Assembly (NCBI GenBank): GCA_964495875.1
Contig: CAZBWB010000001.1
Coordinates: 10,269 to 74,268 of the forward strand
Origin: Candidatus Woesearchaeota archaeon
Lineage (GTDB): Archaea; Nanobdellota; Nanobdellia; Pacearchaeales; GW2011-AR1
Length of the DNA stretch: 64,000 nucleotides
Reading direction: 5' to 3'
The notes beneath the pieces were generated by a model that saw only the letters and a program-made list of their open reading frames with translations, had not been told where the DNA came from and did no database searches. Made by a program: the position numbers and the translations under genes. Shown here in pieces: positions 25,836 through 35,890 of this stretch; within the stretch, counting starts at the first letter, position 1; each line of letters starts with the position of its first letter.

Positions 25836-26211
25836 CATTTTTTGTGTAATTTTTTCTTTTCGAAAAAATGGTTTAGAAAACTGCAAGGTTTTCTTTTGCC
25901 ATGGTAATTATATATTTTCATAAAGAAAATTTAATAATGATTTAAAAAAATTTGTATTTATAAATCTTATGGTTTGTCTCATGCATTCTCATCAATATAT
26001 TTTATTAATTCATTTATTTTTTCTTCAGAATAAGAACCTTTAATCAGGGCAAGCCCAGTCTTTCTCTAAAAACAACCGTCTTTTATATCTGGCAGAGCCG
26101 AATCTTCTTTAAGATTGATAAAAATTATTATAGCAAATTTACTCCTTTTTGTCACCATTGTACAGAGATAACTTTAGTTAATTTTATAAATCAAAGGGGG
26201 GTTGGATTTTT

Positions 26212-26934
26212 ATGGGATACGATATGAGATACGAGGAATACAGAATAACTACTGAATCAGGATTAGAAAAGAAATTAGGAATACTCGGAGAAACCCATGT
26301 TTACAGGCCAGAGGAAACAGCTTTCTCAAGGGAAATTATTTCTGGTTATGATGTTTTTGCTTCAGAAGGCTCTCAAAGACTTACTCCGCGGAACATTTGC
26401 TTAGGCATGACCTTGCTTCCTTGGTATTTTCTTTCAGTACCTTTTTTTAAAAAAGAAAGACGGTCATTCAGAAATCTTACAGCCCTGAAACTAGCAAAAG
26501 AAGAAAATAAAAGAATATTATATTTTAATGATACTAAACATATTGGCATTGGGAAAATGCTTATGATGGCTTCTATTCCTTTTGTTTTTTTGGCATCTCT
26601 GCCATTTCTTCCTTTCATTGGATTATACAGAAAAATCACCAAAAGGCAAAGGGCAGAGCCAGAAGGAGAAGGGAGGGGAATTATAAACAAGATAATTGAT
26701 TATTTAGTTTCTTCGAAAAAGCGAGATAGTTACATGGCAGAAAAAACTATAGGGTATTTGCACGATTCAAACAATCTTTTGATTGGATGCGGTCTAAACC
26801 ACATGAAAGGCATAATAAGAAATCTCAGTGAAAATCCTGATGTTAAGTCTCTTACAAAAATTTCTGAAAGAATGCCTGTATATAATTCTGGCTCTATTAT
26901 TCATCCAATTGAACAACCTGTGTATGCTTATTGA
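26212..26934 (+). CDS. Hypothetical membrane protein
   Basis: 240-aa ORF with two hydrophobic segments; lies between tuf and fusA on the opposite strand. Confidence 0.5.
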   Translation: MGYDMRYEEYRITTESGLEKKLGILGETHVYRPEETAFSREIISGYDVFASEGSQRLTPRNICLGMTLLPWYFLSVPFFKKERRSFRNLTALKLAKEENKRILYFNDTKHIGIGKMLMMASIPFVFLASLPFLPFIGLYRKITKRQRAEPEGEGRGIINKIIDYLVSSKKRDSYMAEKTIGYLHDSNNLLIGCGLNHMKGIIRNLSENPDVKSLTKISERMPVYNSGSIIHPIEQPVYAY

Positions 26935-27007
26935 TTTTTGCCTAAAATCTCTCTAATTATATAATTTGAAATAATAAATTTATAAATCTAAACAGTTTTA
27001 TAAAAAA

Positions 27008-27214
27008 ATGAAATTTAAAAACATAAAATCAAAAGAGGTTGTTAAGATTCTTCAAAGATTAGGATTTATAATTGATAGACAAAATGGAACACATGTTATT
27101 TTAAAAAAAGATAATAAAACTGTAGTAGTTCCCGTTCACGGAGAGATAATGCCAATAGGAACACTTAAGAGTATTGAGAAACAATCTGGGCTTAGATTTA
27201 GAGATATAGTCTAG
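27008..27214 (+). CDS. hicA: HicA-family toxin
   Basis: 68 aa; KSKEVVKILQRLGFIIDRQNGTHVIL...VVVPVHGEIMPIGTLKSIEKQSGL. Confidence 0.75.
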   Translation: MKFKNIKSKEVVKILQRLGFIIDRQNGTHVILKKDNKTVVVPVHGEIMPIGTLKSIEKQSGLRFRDIV

Positions 27215-27431
27215 TTACCATTAATGGTTCTTCATTTTTAAGCAACTCTCTTTTTTCAGGAGCTGCTTCTAAAAGGAGAGTAATACCTTTTTTGAGATTT
27301 TCCATAGCTTCTTTAATACTATCACCATAGTCACTAACTCCTAATTCCACACATTCAACTACAAATACTTTTTTTCCATCACTTAATTTTTCTTCATGCA
27401 TAGTAACACTAAAAGATAATTTGTTTTCCAT
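27198..27431 (-). CDS. hicB: HicB-like antitoxin (UPF0150)
   Basis: 77 aa; FVVECVELGVSDYGDSIKEAMENLKKGITLLLE. Convergent with hicA, with a 17-nt 3' overlap. Confidence 0.7.
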   Translation of the reverse strand: MENKLSFSVTMHEEKLSDGKKVFVVECVELGVSDYGDSIKEAMENLKKGITLLLEAAPEKRELLKNEEPLMVTRLYL

Positions 27432-27469
27432 GTTCTTCTATAGAATCTTGGGATATTTAAATTTGTTGG

Positions 27470-29626
27470 TTACTGATTCTCCGCCAATCCCTTTCTTTCT
27501 CGTATTCTTTTGATGACATCGTCCTGCAAACTTGCAGGAACTTTTTCAAATTGCTGGTCTAACAAAGAACTGACTCCCCGCCCCTCTGTTGCTGAACGAA
27601 GGTCATTGCTCCACCCAATCATTTCTGCAACAGGAAGTTTTGCTTTTATTTCAGAATTCCCCGATTCCTGTTTAACTTCGAGCAACTGCCCTCTTTTGCT
27701 TCCGATTATTTTTGTAACGGCACTCATGAATTTATCAGGACATTCAATAACATGAATTTGCAGTGGTTCTAAAAGAGAAGAATTTGCCTGTCTCATAGCT
27801 CCTGTGATGGCTTCTCTTACAGCAGGATAAACCTGAGCAGGTCCACGATGAATGGCATCTTCATGAAGTCTTATATCTGTCAAGGAAACTTGCATTTTCA
27901 TGCATGGCTCTCTTGCCATAGGTCCCTGGTTCATAACCATCTCAAAAGCATCCAAAACCATTTCAATAACCTCACCAATATGAACTTCTCCTCTTGTCTC
28001 ATCCAGGAAAACATTTCCTTTGTAAATATTTCTTATATTTCTTATAGTATCCCCGCTCCATCCCAAATCAGAAAAAGCTTTGAAAAGAGCATCATTTTTC
28101 TTCTTAACTCTTCCTTCAGATATATCTCCTGATTTGATTGCCTCATAAATTTCATCTTCCAAAGGTTCAACTTTAAGAAAGAAACTGTTGTGTTTATTCG
28201 GACTCCTTCCTTCAACAGAAGGAGATTCTTTATTAACTGTTTCTCTATAGACAATAATTGGAGGAGATGTTTTAACATCCAGTCCTTTTTCTGTTTTAAT
28301 CCTGTTTTCAATAATTTCAAGATGCAATTCTCCCATTCCGGAAATTAAACTCTCTCCTGTCTGTTCATTAATTTCAACTTTAATAGAAGGGTCTTCTTTG
28401 CCAACCTGTTTTAAAATTTCCACAAGTTTTGGCAAGTCTGCAGATTTAGTTGTCTCAATTGATTTTGTAACAACTGGTTCAAAAATATGCTTGATTGCTT
28501 CAAACGGCTCAATCGGTTTCCTGCTTACTGTTTCTCCTGTAAAAACATCTTTTAATCCGACAACACCGATAATATTTCCTGCCAAAACTTCATCCACAAT
28601 AACTCTCTGTGCTCCTTTGTAAACAGAAACTTGCTGAACTCTGACTGTCCTCTTTGCCATATTCATATAAACTTCATCTCCTTGTTTGATAGTTCCTGAG
28701 AATAATCTGCCTCCTGCTACTTCACCGGCATGTTTATCAATCACAATTTTTGTCGGAACAAAAACAGGCTCGCCTTTTTCATCACAGTTTATCAGTGATT
28801 TTCCGACTTCTGAATCCAAATCTCCGTGCCAGATTTTCGGAATCCTGTATTTCTGGGCTTCAACAGGATTTGGGTGATGCCTTATTGTCATATTCAAGAT
28901 AATTTCGTGTAAAGGAGCTTTTTTTGCCAACTCTTTATAATTATCTCTGGCATAAGCATCTATAACATCTTTGAAAGTTATTCCTTTTGCTTTCATATAA
29001 GGGAAACTTAATGCCCAGTTATGGAAAGCAGAACCAAATGCCACACTTCCGTCAGCAACAGAAACTTTCCATTTTTCCTTATATCCTTCTGGTGCGATAG
29101 ATTCAATGAGCTGATTAACGTGATTTATTATAGACACAAATTTCCTTTCCATTTCTTCTGGTGTCAGTTTAACTTCCCTGATTAGTCTGTCAACCTTGTT
29201 TATGAAAAGAACAGGTTTTACTAATTCTTTAAGTGCCTGTCTCAATACAGTTTCTGTTTGAGGCATCACGCCTTCAACAGCACAGCATAAAACAATGCAG
29301 CCATCAACAGCCCGCATAGCTCTTGTCACATCTCCTCCAAAATCAACATGTCCGGGAGTGTCGATTAAATTAATCAGATATTTGTCTTCTTCAAAATTAT
29401 GAATCATACTTACAGAAGCAGAATCAATCGTAATTCCTCTCGTAGCTTCATCTTCATGAAAATCCAGTGCGAGTTGTTTCCCGGCAAGTTCTTCTGAAAT
29501 CATCCCTGCTCCGGCAAGCAAGTTATCAGAAAAAGTCGTTTTTCCGTGGTCGATATGCGCGGCAATCGCTATGTTTCTGATTTTGCCATGCTCTTTCATT
29601 AATTTTGTAATATTTGCCTCTGGCAT
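27470..29626 (-). CDS. fusA: Translation elongation factor EF-2
   Basis: AHIDHGKTT, DTPGHVDF, NKVD. Domain IV HEDAIHRGPAQ carries the diphthamide His context. Confidence 0.9.
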   Translation of the reverse strand: MPEANITKLMKEHGKIRNIAIAAHIDHGKTTFSDNLLAGAGMISEELAGKQLALDFHEDEATRGITIDSASVSMIHNFEEDKYLINLIDTPGHVDFGGDVTRAMRAVDGCIVLCCAVEGVMPQTETVLRQALKELVKPVLFINKVDRLIREVKLTPEEMERKFVSIINHVNQLIESIAPEGYKEKWKVSVADGSVAFGSAFHNWALSFPYMKAKGITFKDVIDAYARDNYKELAKKAPLHEIILNMTIRHHPNPVEAQKYRIPKIWHGDLDSEVGKSLINCDEKGEPVFVPTKIVIDKHAGEVAGGRLFSGTIKQGDEVYMNMAKRTVRVQQVSVYKGAQRVIVDEVLAGNIIGVVGLKDVFTGETVSRKPIEPFEAIKHIFEPVVTKSIETTKSADLPKLVEILKQVGKEDPSIKVEINEQTGESLISGMGELHLEIIENRIKTEKGLDVKTSPPIIVYRETVNKESPSVEGRSPNKHNSFFLKVEPLEDEIYEAIKSGDISEGRVKKKNDALFKAFSDLGWSGDTIRNIRNIYKGNVFLDETRGEVHIGEVIEMVLDAFEMVMNQGPMAREPCMKMQVSLTDIRLHEDAIHRGPAQVYPAVREAITGAMRQANSSLLEPLQIHVIECPDKFMSAVTKIIGSKRGQLLEVKQESGNSEIKAKLPVAEMIGWSNDLRSATEGRGVSSLLDQQFEKVPASLQDDVIKRIRERKGLAENQ

Positions 29627-29751
29627 TTTATATCAAAGAATAATTAAATTTAATAAAGTTTGTTTTTAAAACTTCCGTGAGTTTAACTCAGGATATACAA
29701 GGATTCTTTAATTGACTTTCAACACAATTAATCTAAGAACAGAACTGAATT

Positions 29752-30084
29752 TTATGTTGAATCAAGTACTTTTTTTATGATTTCCTTATATTTTTTCTTT
29801 TCTTCTGCTATCATTTTTTTAGAAAGTCCTTTTTGCATCATTTCTAATTCTGTCTCAAACTCCAAGTATCCATATCTCCTCTCTTCATTATTGTAATGAC
29901 TTACATCAATTACATCTACATAAGCTTCATCTACGTTTATACTTTTAACAACAGCAGGATGAAAATCTATATCTCCAGATCTAGGAACTACCTCCCAAAC
30001 CAAATCTCCCACAGATATTTTCTCAAGACGTTCTTTTTCTCTTTCATAACTTTCTTTGATTTCTTCAAATTCAGATTTCTTCAT
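29752..30084 (-). CDS. Hypothetical protein inserted between rps7 and fusA
   Basis: 110-aa ORF; no motif recognised. Confidence 0.5.
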   Translation of the reverse strand: MKKSEFEEIKESYEREKERLEKISVGDLVWEVVPRSGDIDFHPAVVKSINVDEAYVDVIDVSHYNNEERRYGYLEFETELEMMQKGLSKKMIAEEKKKYKEIIKKVLDST

Positions 30085-30143
30085 GTTAAATTAAGACTAA
30101 GGATATTTTTAAGGATTATTGTGTTAAAAAAATAATTAAGACT

Positions 30144-30773
30144 TTACCTCGCGCTGTCAGCCTGTTTTTCGGATTCATTCTTTTTCCTCATTGCAAAACT
30201 TTCTCCGTTTTTTTCAGCAGCCAACATAATCTCTTCAGCAAGCCCTTCAACAATCTTCTTTTTTTTATTAAATGCCTTCTCAGATGCTCCCTGAACAATC
30301 CATCTCAAAGCCAAATTAACTCTTCTCAGAGGAGAAACATCAACAGCCTGCGGATATCTCGCTCCGCCGTATTCAATCACAGTAATTTCGTCACGCGGTG
30401 CAGAATTTTCTATTGCTTTTATTAAAACTTCAACAGGATTTTTCTGAGTTTTCTTTTCAATTATGCTAAATGCATCCAAAACAATTTTCATATTCTTTGA
30501 ATATTTTCCTGTTGCACTTCCTTTTTCTACCCTGTGTTTTTTTCCTCTGTGTCCTGAAACACCAATCCGGTTCATTAATCTCTCAACAATATTAACTTTC
30601 GTCTGTCCGAATTTACTTGCATTCCTGCCGTAACTTTTTAATACGAGTTTTGGCTGAAGATTGATGACTGATTTTAATCCAGGGTCTTCTATATTTATAG
30701 AACCTATATCATACAAATCAAATATCTTGAAATCCTGTATATTTGGAGAATTTTCTTTAGTCATTTTACTCAA
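30144..30773 (-). CDS. rps7: Ribosomal protein uS7
   Basis: 209 aa; archaeal S7 pattern with ...RVNLALRWIVQGA.. Confidence 0.9.
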   Translation of the reverse strand: MSKMTKENSPNIQDFKIFDLYDIGSINIEDPGLKSVINLQPKLVLKSYGRNASKFGQTKVNIVERLMNRIGVSGHRGKKHRVEKGSATGKYSKNMKIVLDAFSIIEKKTQKNPVEVLIKAIENSAPRDEITVIEYGGARYPQAVDVSPLRRVNLALRWIVQGASEKAFNKKKKIVEGLAEEIMLAAEKNGESFAMRKKNESEKQADSAR

Positions 30774-31044
30774 TCTCTATCATATTTTTTAATTTTGTAA
30801 ATATGCCATTTTTGATAGTATCTGTTAGACTGAAAGTTCTTGTAATATGATTCACCATTATAATTTCTGTTTTTTCCTCATTCATGTAATATAAAACTTT
30901 AAGAGGTCTGCCAAGGAGAGTTGCTTTTATTACTTCAGATGCAACAGCCTTTCTTTCAAGATGATTTCCAATTTTTTCAAAAAATTTCCTGTCATAATAT
31001 TCAATTCTTCTTGTGTATCTTGGTTCTGTTTCTTGCATTTCCAT
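30766..31044 (-). CDS. Hypothetical protein inserted between rps12 and rps7
   Basis: The likely start MEMQETEPRY at 31044 lies 1 nt after the rps12 stop, and the 3' end overlaps the rps7 start. No motif recognised. Confidence 0.45.
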   Translation of the reverse strand: MEMQETEPRYTRRIEYYDRKFFEKIGNHLERKAVASEVIKATLLGRPLKVLYYMNEEKTEIIMVNHITRTFSLTDTIKNGIFTKLKNMIEIE

Positions 31045-31045
31045 T

Positions 31046-31468
31046 TTACCTTCTACCTTTTTCAATCTTACCATGAACGAGCCTGTGCAAGGGCTGGTCA
31101 TTTACTTTAATAACTTGAAATCTTACACCAGGAATGTCTCCTTTACTTTTTCCCTTTTTTCCTCCGATTCTTTCAACCATTACTTCATCATGTTCATCGA
31201 TAAATTTTTGTGCAAGATTGCCTGGAATAAACGCAGTAATTTGTTTGCTGTTTTTAGTCAATTGAACTCTGCAGCATTTTCGCATTGCTGAATTCGGCTG
31301 TTTCGCTTCTTTTTGAACTTTTTGAAGAACTATTCCTTTTGCCTGATTCGCACCTTCGAGCGGGTCAGATTTTGCATAAAGTCCCAGAGCCCTGACTTTG
31401 TATTTTCTGCTCTTCCATCTGAACTTTTTTCTGTTCTTTGTTTGTTTCAATGCACTTTTCAATCCCAT
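31046..31468 (-). CDS. rps12: Ribosomal protein uS12
   Basis: [27 protein letters not shown]. Confidence 0.9.
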   Translation of the reverse strand: MGLKSALKQTKNRKKFRWKSRKYKVRALGLYAKSDPLEGANQAKGIVLQKVQKEAKQPNSAMRKCCRVQLTKNSKQITAFIPGNLAQKFIDEHDEVMVERIGGKKGKSKGDIPGVRFQVIKVNDQPLHRLVHGKIEKGRR

Positions 31469-31516
31469 AGAATAATGTTAAAGAAAATAGTTTTTAAAGA
31501 TTTTGTGTTGGCTCTT

Positions 31517-31933
31517 TTAAACAATCTTAAACTCTTTTCCGAAAAAACCCTTGATTATCTTCTGCATTTCCAAAAGTCTTCTCTTTTCTCTGCCGATTAA
31601 AGCAGCCTTGCTCTGCGAACCTGCTGTCAGAATAATCTCATTATCTTTTACTTCCAGATTTTTAAAACTGTAAGGAGCAACTATTTTTTCAATAAATTGT
31701 TTTATATCTCCTAAATTTTTGGGAAGTGCAACAACCTTGACTCTCTTTCCGAGAATTTCCTGAATCTTTTGAATATTTCTTCCTCCTTCACCGATTGCTT
31801 TTGAAATCATAAACTTTGGTACAGAAAAAATCAGAATTCCGTTATACTTAAAACAAAATCGTGTATTAACTTTCGTCACTTTGCTAAATAAATTGAGATG
31901 TCTCATATCCTGCATATCGATTGTTCTCACCAT
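31517..31933 (-). CDS. nusA: Archaeal NusA-like protein (two KH domains)
   Basis: AIGEGGRNIQKIQEILGKRVKVV; size and position between rpoA and rps12. Confidence 0.8.
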   Translation of the reverse strand: MVRTIDMQDMRHLNLFSKVTKVNTRFCFKYNGILIFSVPKFMISKAIGEGGRNIQKIQEILGKRVKVVALPKNLGDIKQFIEKIVAPYSFKNLEVKDNEIILTAGSQSKAALIGREKRRLLEMQKIIKGFFGKEFKIV

Positions 31934-31977
31934 TTTTTATGTTGTATAATTTTTGTAGAATTGTTTGTTTTATAAAG

Positions 31978-32355
31978 TTATGGATTATATTGTTTGATTC
32001 TTCTAAAAGAACTATAATCTGTTTTCACGCCATATGATGCTAATGGTTTTATTCCTCTTAATTCTAATCCCAATTTTGTTAAGAATGGTGATAAGAAAAC
32101 TTTCCTTAAAATTAATGATGTTGAACTAACAAAAGCAAAAGAAACTTTATTTAAATTGCAATTATTATTTCTCTCTATTTTCTCTAAAGATTCATAATGA
32201 ACTTTTAAAAAATTCTGAAATTTTTGTCTATCTCCAACCTTTGCAATCAACACATGATATTCTGGAGCAATAGTCCCACAATGTTCTTCTTTGACTATTT
32301 TCAATAAATTAGACTCATTAATTCCTTCTGTTCTTGCTACAATTCTTGTTGGCAT
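31978..32355 (-). CDS. Hypothetical protein in the slot usually held by rpl30e
   Basis: 125-aa ORF with no resemblance I can see to L30e/L7Ae-fold proteins. Confidence 0.45.
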   Translation of the reverse strand: MPTRIVARTEGINESNLLKIVKEEHCGTIAPEYHVLIAKVGDRQKFQNFLKVHYESLEKIERNNNCNLNKVSFAFVSSTSLILRKVFLSPFLTKLGLELRGIKPLASYGVKTDYSSFRRIKQYNP

Positions 32356-32395
32356 GATTTTGATTATATCTAACAGTTTTTAAAATTAATGATGT

Positions 32396-35300
32396 TTATT
32401 TACTAACATCTTCGACAACTTTCTTCGTTGCGGTTTTTTTCTCGTCTTCTTTTTTTATCAGAGGTCCGATAAGTTTGACGAGAAGTCCTGGCAATCCTGT
32501 TCCGATTGGCACAGGCTGATTAAGAATTATATTTTCAATAACACTCGCCAATTTATCTTTGCTTCCTTTTATCGTTGCATTGACAAACTGTCTTTCCGGA
32601 GTTTCAAAAGTTGCCCTTGCCAGTATCGAGGATTTTTGAGATATAATCCCCATTCGTGTGACACCTTTAATATTTCCTGTATTTGTCATTGCATCAGAAA
32701 TAAGTTTCAAATGCCTCATATCAATATTCAGTCCCTGAGTATTAATCACATTATAAATTTCATTTATTATTAATTGTCTTGCAACTTCAATTCCAAAAAC
32801 ATTGGCAACTTCATGGAAATCATTTGAAATAATTTTATCTTTATTAACTTCTTTAAACTGAATTATATCTTTCAAATTTGTTCCGAGAGTTATTATCACA
32901 TAATGCCCTTCTTTTTTCACAACCAAAACCTGACTGACTCCTTTAACACCAGAAATTATGGTTTTTTTCAATTTTTCTTTAAGCTGGTAAATTTCTTTGA
33001 AATTGAATTCAGAAGCATTTAATGTTATTGAATCTGCTTTTTCTTTTACCTTGAATCCAAGAGCATTGAGTCTATCCACGACTTTTTTTATTGAAGTATG
33101 AGTCTGCCTGAGTCCTTTCTTGTCTATTTTTATTTTGATTATTTTGTTGCTGAAATCAAGTTCAATCTCTGATGCTATTTCTTTTAAGGTAACTTCTTTA
33201 ATTTTTTCAGCCAAAATTTTCGCCTCTTTTTCATTGTCATATTCCTTATTGAGATAAATTTCCATTTTAGGGGATGAGGGTTTCTTTCTTGCATCAAAAA
33301 TCTCTATGAGTCTTGGAAGCCCCATAGTAATCTGCATTTCCTGAACACCTGCAAAATGGAAAACATTCAATGCCATCTGTGTAGATGGTTCACCAAAAGA
33401 CTGTGCAGTAACTATTCCGATAGCCTCACCCGGGTCTATTTTTTTCTTTAAGTGAAGTTTGGAAATATCCAAGCCATCGTCTCCATAAGTAATTTGTATA
33501 ATATTGTTGTTGCTGTCTCTTATCGTCCCGTCATATTCCACTCTTAAATCCTGTAATGCATTGGCAAGTCTCCTGTAAAGATAACCGGATTTTGGCGTTC
33601 TTAATGCAGTATCCATTAAACTATCCCTTCCTGTTACAGCACCGAAAAAAAATTCATCAGGCCTTAATCCTCTTATGAATGGGTTTTTGATAAATCCTCT
33701 TGCTTTTGGAGACAAATCATTTTTTTTGAAAAAAGATAGTGTCCTTCCGTCATAACCAATTTCAATTCTTTTTCCCCATAAAGCCTGTTGTCCGACACAG
33801 CATGCCATTTGTGTTATATTCAAAATATTCCCTCCGCCGCCGGATTTAATCATGTGATTGACAGGATTATTCTCAGGGAATTTTTCTTTTACAATCTCAC
33901 CGATTTTTGTTCGCATCTCATTTAAAACCTGGAGAACTCTAATTTCTCTTGATTCTTCTTCATTCTTTCCCGGAATTTTTTCAAGAACACCCTTGTTATA
34001 TGCCTCAATTATATCTTCTGTTTTTTTCTCAGCTTTCTTGATAATTTCCTCACCCTCATCAATAATGCTCTGGTCTAAATCTAAATCCTCAAGCGAGATT
34101 GTTATTCCCATGTCAGAGAGATAATTTTTTCCCAAATTGAATGCCTTTCTTATTGTCTCAAAAGTTTCATCTCTTCCTACAACTTTATCGAGTTCTTTAA
34201 CGAGTTCGCCATCTTCAGTCGCAAAAGCAGTTTTATCTATCTTACCTTTAAGGATTTTGCCTTCTTTGATTGAAAGAGAACTGTTTGAAAAATTAATTTT
34301 TGGCAAAATTTCTGAAAAAACCTCCAAACCTGTAACTGTTTTCTTTGAAACATATCTTTTTACTCCTGATTTGAAAAGTATCTGATTTGCATAATCTCCT
34401 GTAATTTCTTCTTTTCCTAATAAATAACTTCCGGTTATAGAGTCAGAGATACATCCGATAAGATTTGTATTGTTCTTCGGCGATATTAAATTTTCCTTAA
34501 CATCGAGAAGAATTTTTGCTTCTGCTCTTGCTTCTTCATTTTGCGGTGAATGAATATTCATTTCATCCCCGTCAAAATCTGCATTATACGGAGTGCATGC
34601 AGCAGGATGCAGTCTGAAAGTCCTTCCGGGAAGAACTTTTACATGATGGGCCATTAAACTTCCTCTATGCAAACTCGGATGCCTGTTAAACAGCACGATA
34701 TCTCCGTCTTGCAAATGCCTGTCAACTTTGTATCCCGGAATCAGTTCATTTATTATTTCTTCTTTAAGTTCAGGAGTTATTTTCTTTCTTTTTCCGTCCG
34801 GCCTTACAACGTAATTTGCACCAGGATAAATTTCTGCTCTTTTAATTAATTTTTTTAATCTTTCAATATTTAAGTCAGTAACATTTTCAGAAACAGTAAC
34901 TACTTTTGCAATTTCATAAGGGACTCCGATTTCATTAATCCCGATATACGGGTCAGGAGAAATAACTGTCCTTCCTGAATAATTAACTCTTTTTCCAGCA
35001 AGATTTTTTCTGATTCTTCCTTCTTTTCCTTTTATTCTTTCTGTAATTGTTTTCAAAGGTTGTCCGCTTCTGTGTCTTGCAGGAGGAATTCTTGTAACAG
35101 TATTGTCAAAAAAAGTTGTTATGTGGAACTGCAGTAAATCCCATAAATCTTCAATAATAACTTCCGGAGCTCCTGCATTCAAATTCTCCCAAAGTCTCTG
35201 ATTGGCTCTTATGATGTCAGAAAGTTTATGAGTTAAATCATCTTCGCTTCTTTCGCCTGTTTCAAGAATAATACTAGGTCTTACTGTTACAGGAGGAACC

Positions 35301-35890
35301 AAAAGTATCGTGAGAACGGCCCATTCTGGTCTGCATGTATAAGCATCAATACCGATTTTTTTTAATTCATTATCCGGGATATTAGAAAGTATTTCCCTTA
35401 TCTCTGTCGGAAATATTCTTTTCTTCCCCATATAAAAATTAGTTGGTTTGTCTAATTTTATTTTTTCATTAGTAGCACCGCAATGAGGGCATTTCCTTGC
35501 ATCTTTTGCTTTTTTTGCTCTTTCACTAAGTGAATATTTTTCCAAAACTTTATCAGCAAGCATTAATTTCCCACATTCTCTGCAAAAACATCTTAATCCA
35601 AGTTCTATAAGAGGAACATATTTTAAATGAATCACTGATCTTGCCAGGTCAATACTGCCGGAATGCCCCAAACATTCTTTGAGCCTTCCTCCGCAGGTTC
35701 TGCATCTCACTCCAGGATCAATCGCCCCCAATCTCAAATCCATTAAACCCCCGTCAACAGGATAACCATCGATATTATAAAGTTCAGGAGTCACGATTTT
35801 TGCAACCGACAATTTCTTAATCTTTTCCGGACTGAGCAATGAAAAACTTACTTCACTTATTTTTTTACGAATTGGCTTATTTCCCATCAT
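32396..35890 (-). CDS. rpoA: DNA-directed RNA polymerase subunit A, unsplit (A' and A'' in one ORF)
   Basis: N-terminal Zn motif CRTCGGRLKECLGH, catalytic NADFDGDEMN, then the A''-type GEAIGIVTAQSFGEPSTQMALNVFHFAG at about aa 820 in the same frame. No stop or restart seen. Confidence 0.9.
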   Translation of the reverse strand: MMGNKPIRKKISEVSFSLLSPEKIKKLSVAKIVTPELYNIDGYPVDGGLMDLRLGAIDPGVRCRTCGGRLKECLGHSGSIDLARSVIHLKYVPLIELGLRCFCRECGKLMLADKVLEKYSLSERAKKAKDARKCPHCGATNEKIKLDKPTNFYMGKKRIFPTEIREILSNIPDNELKKIGIDAYTCRPEWAVLTILLVPPVTVRPSIILETGERSEDDLTHKLSDIIRANQRLWENLNAGAPEVIIEDLWDLLQFHITTFFDNTVTRIPPARHRSGQPLKTITERIKGKEGRIRKNLAGKRVNYSGRTVISPDPYIGINEIGVPYEIAKVVTVSENVTDLNIERLKKLIKRAEIYPGANYVVRPDGKRKKITPELKEEIINELIPGYKVDRHLQDGDIVLFNRHPSLHRGSLMAHHVKVLPGRTFRLHPAACTPYNADFDGDEMNIHSPQNEEARAEAKILLDVKENLISPKNNTNLIGCISDSITGSYLLGKEEITGDYANQILFKSGVKRYVSKKTVTGLEVFSEILPKINFSNSSLSIKEGKILKGKIDKTAFATEDGELVKELDKVVGRDETFETIRKAFNLGKNYLSDMGITISLEDLDLDQSIIDEGEEIIKKAEKKTEDIIEAYNKGVLEKIPGKNEEESREIRVLQVLNEMRTKIGEIVKEKFPENNPVNHMIKSGGGGNILNITQMACCVGQQALWGKRIEIGYDGRTLSFFKKNDLSPKARGFIKNPFIRGLRPDEFFFGAVTGRDSLMDTALRTPKSGYLYRRLANALQDLRVEYDGTIRDSNNNIIQITYGDDGLDISKLHLKKKIDPGEAIGIVTAQSFGEPSTQMALNVFHFAGVQEMQITMGLPRLIEIFDARKKPSSPKMEIYLNKEYDNEKEAKILAEKIKEVTLKEIASEIELDFSNKIIKIKIDKKGLRQTHTSIKKVVDRLNALGFKVKEKADSITLNASEFNFKEIYQLKEKLKKTIISGVKGVSQVLVVKKEGHYVIITLGTNLKDIIQFKEVNKDKIISNDFHEVANVFGIEVARQLIINEIYNVINTQGLNIDMRHLKLISDAMTNTGNIKGVTRMGIISQKSSILARATFETPERQFVNATIKGSKDKLASVIENIILNQPVPIGTGLPGLLVKLIGPLIKKEDEKKTATKKVVEDVSK

